Assembly (NCBI GenBank): GCA_963668695.2
Contig: CAXXLQ010000004.1
Coordinates: 2,432,001 to 2,496,000, forward strand
DNA: 64,000 bases
Reading direction: 5' to 3'
DNA from: Vicinamibacteria bacterium
GTDB taxonomy: Bacteria > Acidobacteriota > Vicinamibacteria > Marinacidobacterales > Marinacidobacteraceae
Shown: positions 1 to 9,832 of the stretch, one piece after another
Layout of the letters: each line of letters starts with the position of its first letter
How positions within the stretch are numbered: position 1 is the first letter of the stretch
The notes under the pieces: generated by a model
Database searches by the model: none
What the model saw: the letters and a program-made list of their open reading frames with translations, nothing else
Told to the model about the DNA's origin: nothing
Translations under genes and position numbers: made by a program

Positions 1-2
1 AG

Positions 3-1364
3 ATCCCCTGGGCGTTCAAGGTCCTCTGGTCGCCTTTCATGGACCGCTACGTCCCGGGCTTCTGGGGACGGCGGCGCGGCTGGATGGCGATCACCCAGGT
101 GGCTCTCCTGGGCCTCTGCCTCCTGCTCGGGGGTGTCGGGGACCACCCGGACGCCATCTGGCTGGTGGGGGCGCTGGCGCTCGCCCTGGGGGTCGCTTCC
201 GCTTCGCAGGACATCGTGGTGGATGCCTACGCGGTGGAGGTGCTCCGCCCCGAGGAGCACGGGGTGGCGGTGGGCGCCCGGGTGGCGCTCTACCGCGCCG
301 CGATGCTGGTCGCCGGAGGGGGTGCGATCAGCCTGGCGGCGCTCTTCGGTTGGGGGGTGGTGAACGCGCTGCTGGGGCTGATCTTCTTTCCCATGCTGTT
401 CGTCACCTGGCGCGCACCCGAGCCGGAGGAAAGCTTCCAGCCCCCCCGCACCCTGCGCGATGCGGTCTGGAAGCCTTTCCTGGAAGCCCTCTCCCGGCCC
501 CGGGCTTTGGAAATCCTGGCCTTCGTCTTCTTCTACAAGTTCGCCGACAACCTGGCCCAGGCGCTTACCCGGCCCTTCCTGATCGACATGGGATACGGCG
601 GCGGACACCGGGGCATCGCGCTCGGGACCGTAGGCCTGGTCGCCGCGATCGTCGGCACCTTCGCCGGCGGGATGTTCACGACGCTGGCCGGGCTCGGACC
701 GGCGCTCTGGCTCTTCGGCGGGCTCCAGATCTTTTCGAATCTCGGCTACTTCTTCGTCGCCGGCGCCGACGGGAGCCTCGCCTGGATGTACGGGGCCTCG
801 GCCTTCGAGTTGCTGACCGGAGGGCTCGGCACCGGGGCGTTCTCCGTGCTCCTGCTCCGGATCACCGAAAAGCGCTTCTCGGCGACCCAGTACGCGCTCT
901 TTTCCGGGCTCTTCGCGCTGCCGCGCCTGCTCGCCGGCCCCTTCAGCGGTTTTGCGGTGGACGCCATCGGCTGGCGGACCTTTTTCCTGTCCACGATGGC
1001 GATGGGGATCCCCGGCCTGATCCTCCTCCATCGCTTCTCCCCGCTCGGGGTCCGCGATCCGGAGATCCGGTTCGGCGGCGGTGACGAACCGGCAGCTCCC
1101 CGCCTTTCCTCCGGCCTCGCCAGCCGTTTTGGGATCGCGGCCCTTCTCGGCGGCGGGACGGTCTTCGGCTTCGCCGTCCTGCTCGGCGCCCTCAAGGCGA
1201 TGCGGCTCGATCCCGAGTCCGGCTTCTCGCTCATCGCGGGGCTCAATCCCATCCTCAATCCGGCGTCCTTTGCGGATTGGGTGCAGGTGGGGGGCATTGT
1301 GGTGTTGGGCCTGATCTCCGGTCTCTTCGGGGCCGCCTTCGCCGCCGCTCGGCGGCGGGGATAA
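3..1364 (+). CDS. ampG: AmpG-family muropeptide MFS transporter (5' end outside window)
   Basis: Frame open from nt 3 (IPWAFKVLWSPFMDRY). AmpG motifs GRRRGW, SASQDIVVDAY, FFYKFAD and SATQYAL; many TM helices. Confidence 0.88.
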   Translation: MPWAFKVLWSPFMDRYVPGFWGRRRGWMAITQVALLGLCLLLGGVGDHPDAIWLVGALALALGVASASQDIVVDAYAVEVLRPEEHGVAVGARVALYRAAMLVAGGGAISLAALFGWGVVNALLGLIFFPMLFVTWRAPEPEESFQPPRTLRDAVWKPFLEALSRPRALEILAFVFFYKFADNLAQALTRPFLIDMGYGGGHRGIALGTVGLVAAIVGTFAGGMFTTLAGLGPALWLFGGLQIFSNLGYFFVAGADGSLAWMYGASAFELLTGGLGTGAFSVLLLRITEKRFSATQYALFSGLFALPRLLAGPFSGFAVDAIGWRTFFLSTMAMGIPGLILLHRFSPLGVRDPEIRFGGGDEPAAPRLSSGLASRFGIAALLGGGTVFGFAVLLGALKAMRLDPESGFSLIAGLNPILNPASFADWVQVGGIVVLGLISGLFGAAFAAARRRG

Positions 1365-1401
1365 AGGGTTCCATCGACTCGCCCGGTTAGATTCCCGGTA
1401 G

Positions 1402-3594
1402 ATGTACCGGGTGCGCTCTGCGGTTGCGGTTCTGGCCGTTCTGGGCTGGGCTGCGTCGGGCTCCGCGTTCACCGGAACGGTGCTCCTCCTCAACGGCGAG
1501 CCCGCGGCGGGCGCCATCGTTCAGATCCTCGGGCATCCCGGTTCAGCCACCACCGACGCCAACGGCCGCTTCGAGTGGCTACCGGACCCGGTCCCCCCCT
1601 TCCACGTGTTGGTGGTGCTTCCGGGCGAGCGCTACACCGCCCCCGTCATCGTCGAGTCCTTCGACGGGAGCGAGGTGGAACTTCGCGTCGAGCCGCTCGG
1701 GGTGCACGAGAGCGTCACCATCACCAGCGGCGCCGTGCCGCACACCGACGCCACGCCGGGAAGCGCCGCTGCGGTCATTTCCGGCGAGGCGATCCGCGTC
1801 CGCCAGGCGCCGCGGCTCGCCGACGTGCTGGAGGCGGTTCCCGGAGGCGGGCGCGACAGCGATCTCCACGCCGGGGTCCCCTCGATTCGCGGCCTCTCGG
1901 GAGGCCGGACGGTGCTCCTCCTGGACGGGGCGCGGATCACCAGCGAGCGCCGCGCCGGGCCGAGCGCCACCTTCCTCGATCCGTTCTTCCTCGAAGCCGT
2001 CGAAGTGGTGCGCGGTCCGTCTTCGGTGGCCTACGGCTCGGACGCTTTCGGCGGCGTCATCCACGCCCGGACTCGGCGCCCGGTTCCCGGCGACCCCCTC
2101 GCGGCTCGAGCCCGCGCCACCTGGGGCGCCGGCCTTCCGGAAGCGAGCTTCGGGGCCGAGGTCGCGGGGTCCGTTCTCGAGACCGGTCTGCTCGCCCAGG
2201 CGAGGCGCCGGGTCTTTTCCGAGTACTCGAGCCCCGAGGGCAGGGTTGCCCGGTCGGGCGCCGAGGATTACGGATTCCTGCTCCGCGGTTTGCGGGAGGT
2301 CGCGGGCGGCTTGCTCGGGCTGGGACTCCAGGTCGACGCCGCGCGGAACGTGGGGCGCCCCCGGCGTTCCTCGTCGGTCACTTCCTATCCCTTCGAGGAT
2401 TCGGCCCGGCTCGTTGCCGACTACCAGCTTGCTCCGCGCTGGGGGTTCGCGCGGCTCGACGCCACCGCCTTCGTCGGCGCCCACCGCCTGCTGACGCGGC
2501 GCGAGCAGGGCGGGGAAGCCGCGGATTCCGAGGTCGCGGCGCATGACTTCATGCTGCGGACGCGCGGCGTCCGGCCTCTCCGGGACGGCCGCCTCGAACT
2601 CGGCGCCGAGTTCCTGAGCCGGTTCGATATCTATGCCGGGACCGGCGCTGACGGAATGACGGCGGCCCTCCCGGACGGGGGAGAGTTCGGCTCCGGCCTC
2701 GACGGCGCGGTGCGCCGCGAGGCGTCGGTTTACGGCCACGCCGAGCAGCCGTTCGACGGGCGACTTGCCGGGAGCGCGGGAGCGCGGCTTTCGGCGATCG
2801 CCAGCCGAGCCGGCCCGGCGTCCGGCGGCGCCGGCCCCCGGCCGGAAACGAGCCACGGAGCGCTCAGCGGTTTCCTCGCCCTGCGCGCCGACCTGACGCC
2901 CGGGGTCGCGCTTACCGGCCAGCTTTCCCGTGGCTTCCGCGATCCCACCCTCTCGGATCGCTACTACAGCGGGCTCACCGGCCGCGGCGTGGTGTACGGA
3001 AACCCCGATCTCCGCCCGGAGCGCGCGCTCCAGACGGACCTCGCCCTCCGCTTCGACCGGGGCGCCGTCCATGGCGGGCTCTACGCCTTCCGCTACCGCA
3101 TCACCGATCTCGTCGAGCGCTACGAGGACGGTGAGGACCTCTACTTCTTCCGGAACCGGGGCGAGGCGCATCTTTCCGGCGTCGAATTCGAGCTCCAGGT
3201 CGGCGCCCCGGGTGACGCTTTCCTGTTGGATCTCGCCGGCGGACTGACTCGCGGCCGGACGGAGGACGGGGCGGCCCTCGACGGAGTGCGCCCGGCGAAC
3301 TTCCGGGCCGGGCTCCGCCATCGCCTCCGGGCGCGGAGCTTCGCCGAGGTCGTCCTGCTGGCATTTACCGCGGACAGTGATCCAGGTCCCACCGAGTCGG
3401 CCATGGATGCCTACGCCCGCCTCGACGCCGCCGTCGGCTTCCCGATTGCCGGTGGCGCCGAACTGCGCCTCTCGGGTCGCAACCTGTTGAACGCGACCTA
3501 CCCGATCAGCGCCGACGCTCGCGCCGTCCTTGCCCCCGGGCGCAGTCTGGTCGGAACCATCGTCTGGACGCTCGGGAGCGACGCCGGTCCCTGA
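1402..3594 (+). CDS. TonB-dependent outer-membrane receptor with N-terminal carboxypeptidase-regulatory-like domain
   Basis: Signal peptide; plug motifs IRGL, LLDGARI and VEVVRGPSSVAYGSDAFGGVI; GNPDLRPE; C-terminal NLLN..Y..PGR. Confidence 0.9.
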   Translation: MYRVRSAVAVLAVLGWAASGSAFTGTVLLLNGEPAAGAIVQILGHPGSATTDANGRFEWLPDPVPPFHVLVVLPGERYTAPVIVESFDGSEVELRVEPLGVHESVTITSGAVPHTDATPGSAAAVISGEAIRVRQAPRLADVLEAVPGGGRDSDLHAGVPSIRGLSGGRTVLLLDGARITSERRAGPSATFLDPFFLEAVEVVRGPSSVAYGSDAFGGVIHARTRRPVPGDPLAARARATWGAGLPEASFGAEVAGSVLETGLLAQARRRVFSEYSSPEGRVARSGAEDYGFLLRGLREVAGGLLGLGLQVDAARNVGRPRRSSSVTSYPFEDSARLVADYQLAPRWGFARLDATAFVGAHRLLTRREQGGEAADSEVAAHDFMLRTRGVRPLRDGRLELGAEFLSRFDIYAGTGADGMTAALPDGGEFGSGLDGAVRREASVYGHAEQPFDGRLAGSAGARLSAIASRAGPASGGAGPRPETSHGALSGFLALRADLTPGVALTGQLSRGFRDPTLSDRYYSGLTGRGVVYGNPDLRPERALQTDLALRFDRGAVHGGLYAFRYRITDLVERYEDGEDLYFFRNRGEAHLSGVEFELQVGAPGDAFLLDLAGGLTRGRTEDGAALDGVRPANFRAGLRHRLRARSFAEVVLLAFTADSDPGPTESAMDAYARLDAAVGFPIAGGAELRLSGRNLLNATYPISADARAVLAPGRSLVGTIVWTLGSDAGP

Positions 3595-4175
3595 CCGCCG
3601 GTAGGTCACGGGCCCCGGTGCCCCGGTGGGGGCTCGGTCGGGAATACAAGGGGGCCCAATTGGGGTGGTGGAAGACTCACGACAGTGTTTCCCGATTCGA
3701 TCAGGTCAAATACCGTCGTAATCCGCTTATGCCTTTGGCTCTGGGAGCCGTTTCGCCAGTGGTACGGATGTTTGCTCTGCCGGGCCCGCTCATAGCCGAA
3801 CGCCGCACCGCCGTGGTGACAGTCCGGAACACGCGGCGAGGTTTCGACGTAGTGACCCAAGTAACTGCAAATGGAACGGCCGTGAATCGGTGGCTGGCGA
3901 GAATTTTTGGAACCATGACCCCGTTCGAAATATGTGAAGTCCCAAATGTTCCTGACATTCGTATGTGACCGGATGACGTTACATTCATTACACACCGGGA
4001 ATGGGGCACATTCCGTGTCTTGGGAGTGTCTGAAGTGGGTTTGCGCTGTGAAAGAATGCAAATACGTTCCACGCACAAGAAATCACCTTTGGTCCGCGCG
4101 TCGGATGCCGTTATTCCGTGCTGAGTGTGACACATGACATTGACACGCGGTTACGGTTGAGGTGAGAACATCGCG

Positions 4176-5876
4176 ATGAATCTCACGGTCTCCGAGTTGG
4201 CACGTGCCGTAAGGAAGAACGAAAATTACGTGCGCCAACACATACATCGGCGCCATCTTGCCGTTCGGAGACAGGGACGAAGCGTTTGTGTACCGCTTGA
4301 AGAGGCTGTGAAATGGGCCGGGGCACGCGGCCTTCCCTTCACCCCGCCGAAACGGGTCCGGCTGACATTCCTGGAAGAGGGGGAGAGGATTGCGCGGCTC
4401 ACGATTCTCGCCTGGCGCGGCCAGGACGGGAGGGCGCGGAATCTGCTCACGCTCCTGCGTCATCGGAAGCGCGAATCCGTGGGTCCGTGGTCAGGCGAAC
4501 CGGATGCAGTCTGGGCTCTTGAATCACTCGGTGACGGGCTCAGTCTGTTTTCCTTCACCGCTTCGTACGCGGAGTGCCGAAAGCACCTCGACCACATCCT
4601 TGCGTCGGAGACGCTTGAGACGATGGGACACGAGATCCACTACGACCTGGAGGACCAGCCCAGGAATCACTGGGCGTACAGGGACTACCGGCGCCGTTCG
4701 GAAGCGTCCATACGCAGTCCGTTCTCGATGCACAGCGCCGCGATTACCGAGTACTGGAGTTTCGAGGACGAACCACACAAGCGTTGGCTGTCGCTACCCG
4801 ACCCTCCGCCGGCCCGCATCCGGTCGGGACTTCGTCGCCTCGGATTCCCACTGGACCGGTGCCCGGAGCGGGTCGGGAACCTGGTCATCGCCGCTGCCGA
4901 AGACGCGATCACCTGTCGACTGACGGCGCATCAGGACCAGACGCTCCGACTTCACGTAGATGCCAAAGCCCTGTTGCCGGAGACGTATCGCGCGACGGTT
5001 TGGGCGAGCCATAGCGGAGACGAAGTACTGCGCAGGGAGGTGCCAATAACAGCCGGGCAGACAACGATCGAACTGGTCTCCGGGGTGGATCGGACTGGTT
5101 TCGCGATCTGCAGGGACGTCGACGGCCAGTATGTGGATCTTGTCGAGAACGTGGCCAATAGCGAGGCACTGCATACCGTAATGCGGGGATCCGGGCCGGT
5201 GCCGCGGTCTCCGGGGCCGCGATCCCGCGGTCCGCAGCGCGTCGACGCTTCTCGTTCGGTTTCCGGGATTGCCGAGTATCCCGAGGTAACCCCCAGTCGA
5301 CTCGACAGGGACATCCGGCAACAGTGGCTCCATCGAGTGGCTTATCGGAAGGAAGTAGGGGCCAGGCGCGAAGCCAACCTCGTGCGCTTCGGTCCCGGCC
5401 GGTTTGACGAGGCGGCGCGGCACTTCTTGTATCTCATATCCAACGACTCGGACACCGCAGGGCCCATCTACCTCGCCGATCCGTGTTTTGTCGGCCACGC
5501 GATGGCGGACGAGGTGGCACAACTGTTTGTGGACATGAGCGCCGCCATTCAGCGCCGGCCGCTGCGGATTCTGTGTGCCGAACGTGAGCCGGACGATGCT
5601 CCCCCCTGGTGGGCGCGTTACCTCCGAAAGATCCGAGCAAACGTTACCGTGCGGACCTTCGTGAACCGAAGCGACGAGCGCGGATGTTTCCACGACCGAT
5701 ATCTGATCACTCCCGCGCGTGAAGTTCTGATGACGAACTCGTTCAACGGGTGGAACAGGTTCGGGGTGACCTTCGTGAGTCTTCCCTACGGCGTGTACCG
5801 TGCCGAGGCGCAGCAACTGTGGGCCATGGACCTGGATGCGCCTGCTTCCGACATTCTCGTGCGTGAGATCTCGTAG
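4176..5876 (+). CDS. N-terminal HTH (excisionase/MerR-like) fused to a VPA1262-like protein with C-terminal PLD-like domain
   Basis: N-terminus LTVSELARAVRKNENYVRQHIHRRHL is HTH-like. Internal ERVGNLV; C-terminal IYLADPCF...FHDRYLIT...MTNSFNG resembles the DPY/HDR/S-N variant of the PLD fold. GAGGTG RBS upstream. Confidence 0.6.
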   Translation: MNLTVSELARAVRKNENYVRQHIHRRHLAVRRQGRSVCVPLEEAVKWAGARGLPFTPPKRVRLTFLEEGERIARLTILAWRGQDGRARNLLTLLRHRKRESVGPWSGEPDAVWALESLGDGLSLFSFTASYAECRKHLDHILASETLETMGHEIHYDLEDQPRNHWAYRDYRRRSEASIRSPFSMHSAAITEYWSFEDEPHKRWLSLPDPPPARIRSGLRRLGFPLDRCPERVGNLVIAAAEDAITCRLTAHQDQTLRLHVDAKALLPETYRATVWASHSGDEVLRREVPITAGQTTIELVSGVDRTGFAICRDVDGQYVDLVENVANSEALHTVMRGSGPVPRSPGPRSRGPQRVDASRSVSGIAEYPEVTPSRLDRDIRQQWLHRVAYRKEVGARREANLVRFGPGRFDEAARHFLYLISNDSDTAGPIYLADPCFVGHAMADEVAQLFVDMSAAIQRRPLRILCAEREPDDAPPWWARYLRKIRANVTVRTFVNRSDERGCFHDRYLITPAREVLMTNSFNGWNRFGVTFVSLPYGVYRAEAQQLWAMDLDAPASDILVREIS

Positions 5877-8032
5877 TGGCCGGCCCGTCCGGGACCGAAC
5901 CCGCGCTGTCTCCGGAAATTCGGGCGGCGGTCTGGCGGATCTTCAGTGCCGGCGCGGCGCCGGGAGCCAGAGGATCGGCTTTCGAGAACATCGAGCCCGT
6001 GATCCGGTTGCATGTGCCGCCGGCAGACCAGAATCGCGCCATCGCAACCATCGGAAGCTGGTTCGACTCGGGGACGCACGTAAGGTGGCTGAATTCGGAT
6101 CGCGCGGCGTTGGTTGCGGATCTGGTGCTTGAGGGCGTCGGCCCGCGGCGCTCGGAGGATGCGATCTGGGCGATCGCCTCCATCGGGCTCGATCTTTCGG
6201 TTGGCATGATTCGTCGGCGCTGGTCGTCGGGCGAGACTGACTCGTTTGTCGAGGCAGCGATCGAAGCGCTGAACGGGCTGGTGGTCGGCTCTCCGATTGC
6301 GGGTAGTTCGGCTGGGGAAGGGGAAGAAGCGGAGGACAGAGGCTTTCGGGAAGCCGCATTGCGTGACGGGATGGTGGGCGCGTTTGCGCGCCTTGAGAAA
6401 CAGAGTCTTGAACTCCTGAGCCAGGGGCTGCACCCCACGGTGGCCAATCTGATTGATCTGGCGGTTGATCTGTCTCCTGAACGCTCCCCGCTACTCATCG
6501 AACGGCTGAAAGCGCCGACGATGCAGGCGAAGGCGGCCCGCCGAATGGTGGCGTGGGTGGCGCGGACGTCCCCCCGTGAGCAGCACCGGATCGTCGGATG
6601 GATCACGAAGCGCTCGGGTGAGGCCGCCGTGGCGCTGGCCATCGTCCACACCCTGAGCGCGGTCCGGAAGATGGACGAGGGCCGCATGGCCGGGGGCATT
6701 CCGGACTCGCTCAAATCTGTCCGGGACGACGATGTCACCAGGGAGGAGGGCCCCCCGGACGACGCCGCCGCAAGTTTGCTGGTCCAACTGTTGGAACGGT
6801 TGGGACGCCTCGATCCATCGGTTTGCCTCCGTTGGGTCGGCGAACTCTTGAGTCAGGCGTCGCTAGCGCTGTCGGCGCCGGGCGATGGACGAAAACCGCT
6901 CCGGCTCGTGGAGCTGGAAGAAGGGTGTACAAGACTGGCGGCAGGTCTCTTCCAGGATTGCGTGTCCGCGGATTTGCTCTCTCAGTTCCAGTTCGGTCTG
7001 CGTCCTGGCCGAAGGAAGCGCTGGGTCCGTCACCAAACGGGGATTGCCAAGGCGATGCGCGAGTTGTCTCCAGAGCGCGCGGCGGAGCTCGCGCGGGCCA
7101 CGCTCGATGAGCACCGGCGGCGCTTGGCGGAGCAGCGGGACGGCCAATACCTCGCCTCCGAGTGGGGCGATTGGAACGACCGAGAATGGCTGGAAGGGCT
7201 GGGAACAGCGCTCGCGCTGTCTGGTGTGGAGCTCGATCTTCCCGTGTGGGTAGCGAAGGAGTGCCGGGACCTGCGGCTCAGCGTCTGGGATGCGGAGGAG
7301 GATCTCGACTCGTTTGCGATCTCGGAACAGATCGCCCAGCACTGGTTGCTGGTCGCGCTGCTCGCGATTCCGCGCCGGAGCGAGTTCGGCCGGCCAATCG
7401 AGCCCTTTCAGGTCTGTGCTCTGGCCGAAGCCGTGTGGGCGCATTGCAGGTTTTGCCGGCAGCACCTCGACAGTCACCCGGAAGCATCTGTCGCTGCCGA
7501 ACTGGCTGCCCGCTATGCAATGCGGTTCGGCCAGGCAGACGATCAGTGGGTTCTTAACCAGGCCCGCGATGAGGGCGTCGGCCCCAGAGCTCTCTGCGTG
7601 CTCGTGGAAGAGCGACGAGCCCGCCGTCGGCAGTCGGGAGAGGGCAATCCCGACTACGACGAGATGATCATCGCCGATCTCGTGCGCATTGCTTCGAACC
7701 GGTTCGAGGATGGTGGCCAGTTCGATCTGGACACCCTGGAGTACTGGGGAAAGCTGTGGCTCTCCCTCGGCGCGGTGGATCAGGCGGAACGAACGGCCAT
7801 GGCAATCGTCAGTTTTCCCTTGCGGGCGACGGATCGGAACTTCCGCATTCTGGCGCTGAAACTCCTCGGCCTGGTCGTGCGGGTTCGCAAACCGCGGCTC
7901 GAGGTCACGGAGCACGTGGTCCCGCTCTACAACCAGCTCTGGCCCGTGTTCGGCGGAACCCCGGCCGAGGAAAGGGCAGCCCGCCAGGAGATAGAGCAGG
8001 CGTTCATCGGCTCGGAACTCATCGCTCTCTAG
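5876..8032 (+). CDS. Hypothetical, probably alpha-helical 718-aa protein
   Basis: Long ORF whose GTG start overlaps the upstream TAG (TAGTG); Leu/Ala/Glu/Trp-rich; no motif recognised. Confidence 0.7.
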   Translation: MAGPSGTEPALSPEIRAAVWRIFSAGAAPGARGSAFENIEPVIRLHVPPADQNRAIATIGSWFDSGTHVRWLNSDRAALVADLVLEGVGPRRSEDAIWAIASIGLDLSVGMIRRRWSSGETDSFVEAAIEALNGLVVGSPIAGSSAGEGEEAEDRGFREAALRDGMVGAFARLEKQSLELLSQGLHPTVANLIDLAVDLSPERSPLLIERLKAPTMQAKAARRMVAWVARTSPREQHRIVGWITKRSGEAAVALAIVHTLSAVRKMDEGRMAGGIPDSLKSVRDDDVTREEGPPDDAAASLLVQLLERLGRLDPSVCLRWVGELLSQASLALSAPGDGRKPLRLVELEEGCTRLAAGLFQDCVSADLLSQFQFGLRPGRRKRWVRHQTGIAKAMRELSPERAAELARATLDEHRRRLAEQRDGQYLASEWGDWNDREWLEGLGTALALSGVELDLPVWVAKECRDLRLSVWDAEEDLDSFAISEQIAQHWLLVALLAIPRRSEFGRPIEPFQVCALAEAVWAHCRFCRQHLDSHPEASVAAELAARYAMRFGQADDQWVLNQARDEGVGPRALCVLVEERRARRRQSGEGNPDYDEMIIADLVRIASNRFEDGGQFDLDTLEYWGKLWLSLGAVDQAERTAMAIVSFPLRATDRNFRILALKLLGLVVRVRKPRLEVTEHVVPLYNQLWPVFGGTPAEERAARQEIEQAFIGSELIAL

Positions 8033-8283
8033 CCGCGTGACGTTGTCCGCAGACGACCAGTGGTGGGGCAGCCTGTCCGTACCAGGAGGCTCCGTGCCCC
8101 GCCCCGCCGTCGAGGATGCCCTCCGCGCTGCGGGCTCGGTCCGGATCCTGCCTCGCGGTTACGCCCCTTGGGGTGATTCGGATCGCGAGGGGCGGCCCCT
8201 GGGATGCGAAGATCCCCTGCGGTGCGATCTTCCGCCTCTGAGCCCGGCGTTCGGGGCGGCGCCGCGCCGGCGAAGGACGAGCC

Positions 8284-8901
8284 ATGACAACGAGACCCGG
8301 TGACGGACCAGGCGCCCACCGGGAGCGCATGGAGGCGCTCCAGGCCGAAGTGCGGAAAAAGCGCGCCACCGCCCGCGACCCGGGCCGCGGACTCGTGCTG
8401 GTCCACACCGGGGACGGGAAGGGCAAGTCCAGTTCCGCCTTCGGCGTGATCGCGCGGACGCTCGGTTGGGGGCGGCGGGTCGGCGTGGTTCAGTTCATCA
8501 AGGGCAACTGGAAAACCGGCGAGCGCCAGTTCTTTGGCCGTTTCCCGGAGCAGGTGGTCTGGCGGACCCTGGGTGAGGGATTCACCTGGGATACCCAGGA
8601 CCGGGCTCGTGATGTCGAAGTCGCCGAAGCCGCCTTCGCCGCCGCGCGGGAGATGCTCGTTTCCGGCGACTTCGACCTCGTCGTCCTCGACGAGATCAAC
8701 GTGGTGATGAGCTACGACTATCTCGGCTGCGACGCCGTCCTCGATGGCCTCAGGGCGCGCGCCGCGCGCACGAGCGTGATCCTGACCGGCCGCGGCGCCC
8801 TGCCGGAGGTCATGGACTACGCCGATCTGGTCACCGAGATGCGGGAGGTGAAGCATCCCTTTGCGGCCGGGATCAAGGCCCAGCGCGGGATCGACTACTG
8901 A
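8284..8901 (+). CDS. cobO: Cob(I)yrinic acid a,c-diamide adenosyltransferase
   Basis: HTGDGKGKSSSAFG, VVQFIKG, GEGFTW, LDEIN, ILTGR, KHPF..GI.AQRGIDY. Confidence 0.95.
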   Translation: MTTRPGDGPGAHRERMEALQAEVRKKRATARDPGRGLVLVHTGDGKGKSSSAFGVIARTLGWGRRVGVVQFIKGNWKTGERQFFGRFPEQVVWRTLGEGFTWDTQDRARDVEVAEAAFAAAREMLVSGDFDLVVLDEINVVMSYDYLGCDAVLDGLRARAARTSVILTGRGALPEVMDYADLVTEMREVKHPFAAGIKAQRGIDY

Positions 8902-9067
8902 CGGCTGAGACCTGGGAGCCGGGCTGCCGCACCGCCGCCGGGCGCTCGGGCGCCTGCGGAGCCGGGCGGCAAGACGGGCAGATTCTCTTCCCGTGGTGTT
9001 TTCGCGGGCCCGCAGCGGGCGGCCGGTGGGCCAGAATTGCGCCCGTGCCTCCGGTCGCCCCGATTTC

Positions 9068-9832
9068 ATGAGCGAAAACCTGTCGGTGCGGGGCATCACC
9101 GTCACCGTGGGAGGCAGCGCGCTCGTTCGCGACGTCTCCTTCGAACTCGCCCCGGGGGAGTTCATCGCGCTCATCGGCCCGAACGGGGCCGGCAAGACCA
9201 CCCTGCTGCGCGCCGCGCTGGGTCTCCTGAAGCCCACCCGGGGGCAGGCGCTTCTCGGGGGCCGGGACATTCGGCGACTCGCGCCGCTCGAGCGGGCGCG
9301 GCGGGTTTCCTATCTGCCGCAGACGCGGCCGCTCGTCTGGCCCCAGGCGGTGCGGGACGTGGTGGCGCTCGGACGCTTTGCCTACGGCGTGGTCCTCGGC
9401 CGGCTGTCCGGACGAGACGCCGAGGCGGTGGATGCGGCGCTCGGGGTCTGCGACCTCGTTCACCTCAAGGAGCGTTCCGCCGCGACCTTGTCCGGTGGCG
9501 AACGCGCGCGAATGCACTGCGCCCGGGCGCTGGCCGCCGAAGCGCCGCTCCTGGTTGCCGACGAGCCGGTAGCGTCGCTCGACCCGCGCCATCAGTTCGA
9601 GGTGATGGGACTCATTCGGGATTTCGTGAACCGGGGCGGCGGTGCGCTGATCGTGCTGCACGACGTAGGTCTCGCGAGACGGTTCGCGGATCGGTTCCTC
9701 TGGATGAAGGACGGGGAAATCGTTGCCGACGGCTCCGCCGCGGAGACCCTGGCGCCGGAGCGCATGGAGTCCGTGTTCGGGGTGCGCGCCCGCGTCGAGG
9801 GCGACAGCGTCGCGATCGAGGGGCCGGTTTGA
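9068..9832 (+). CDS. ABC transporter ATP-binding subunit (BtuD/FepC-like)
   Basis: GPNGAGKTT, LSGGERAR, DEPVASLDP, VLHD. Confidence 0.9.
   Translation: MSENLSVRGITVTVGGSALVRDVSFELAPGEFIALIGPNGAGKTTLLRAALGLLKPTRGQALLGGRDIRRLAPLERARRVSYLPQTRPLVWPQAVRDVVALGRFAYGVVLGRLSGRDAEAVDAALGVCDLVHLKERSAATLSGGERARMHCARALAAEAPLLVADEPVASLDPRHQFEVMGLIRDFVNRGGGALIVLHDVGLARRFADRFLWMKDGEIVADGSAAETLAPERMESVFGVRARVEGDSVAIEGPV

Noticed and set aside
3606-4135. Short ORFs in the AT-rich leader
   Set aside because: Mutually overlapping, with atypical composition and no motifs; treated as non-coding
8033-8283. Cobalamin riboswitch or small ORF upstream of cobO
   Set aside because: The conserved B12-box and core motifs were not recognisable, and the 88-aa ORF has no recognisable features
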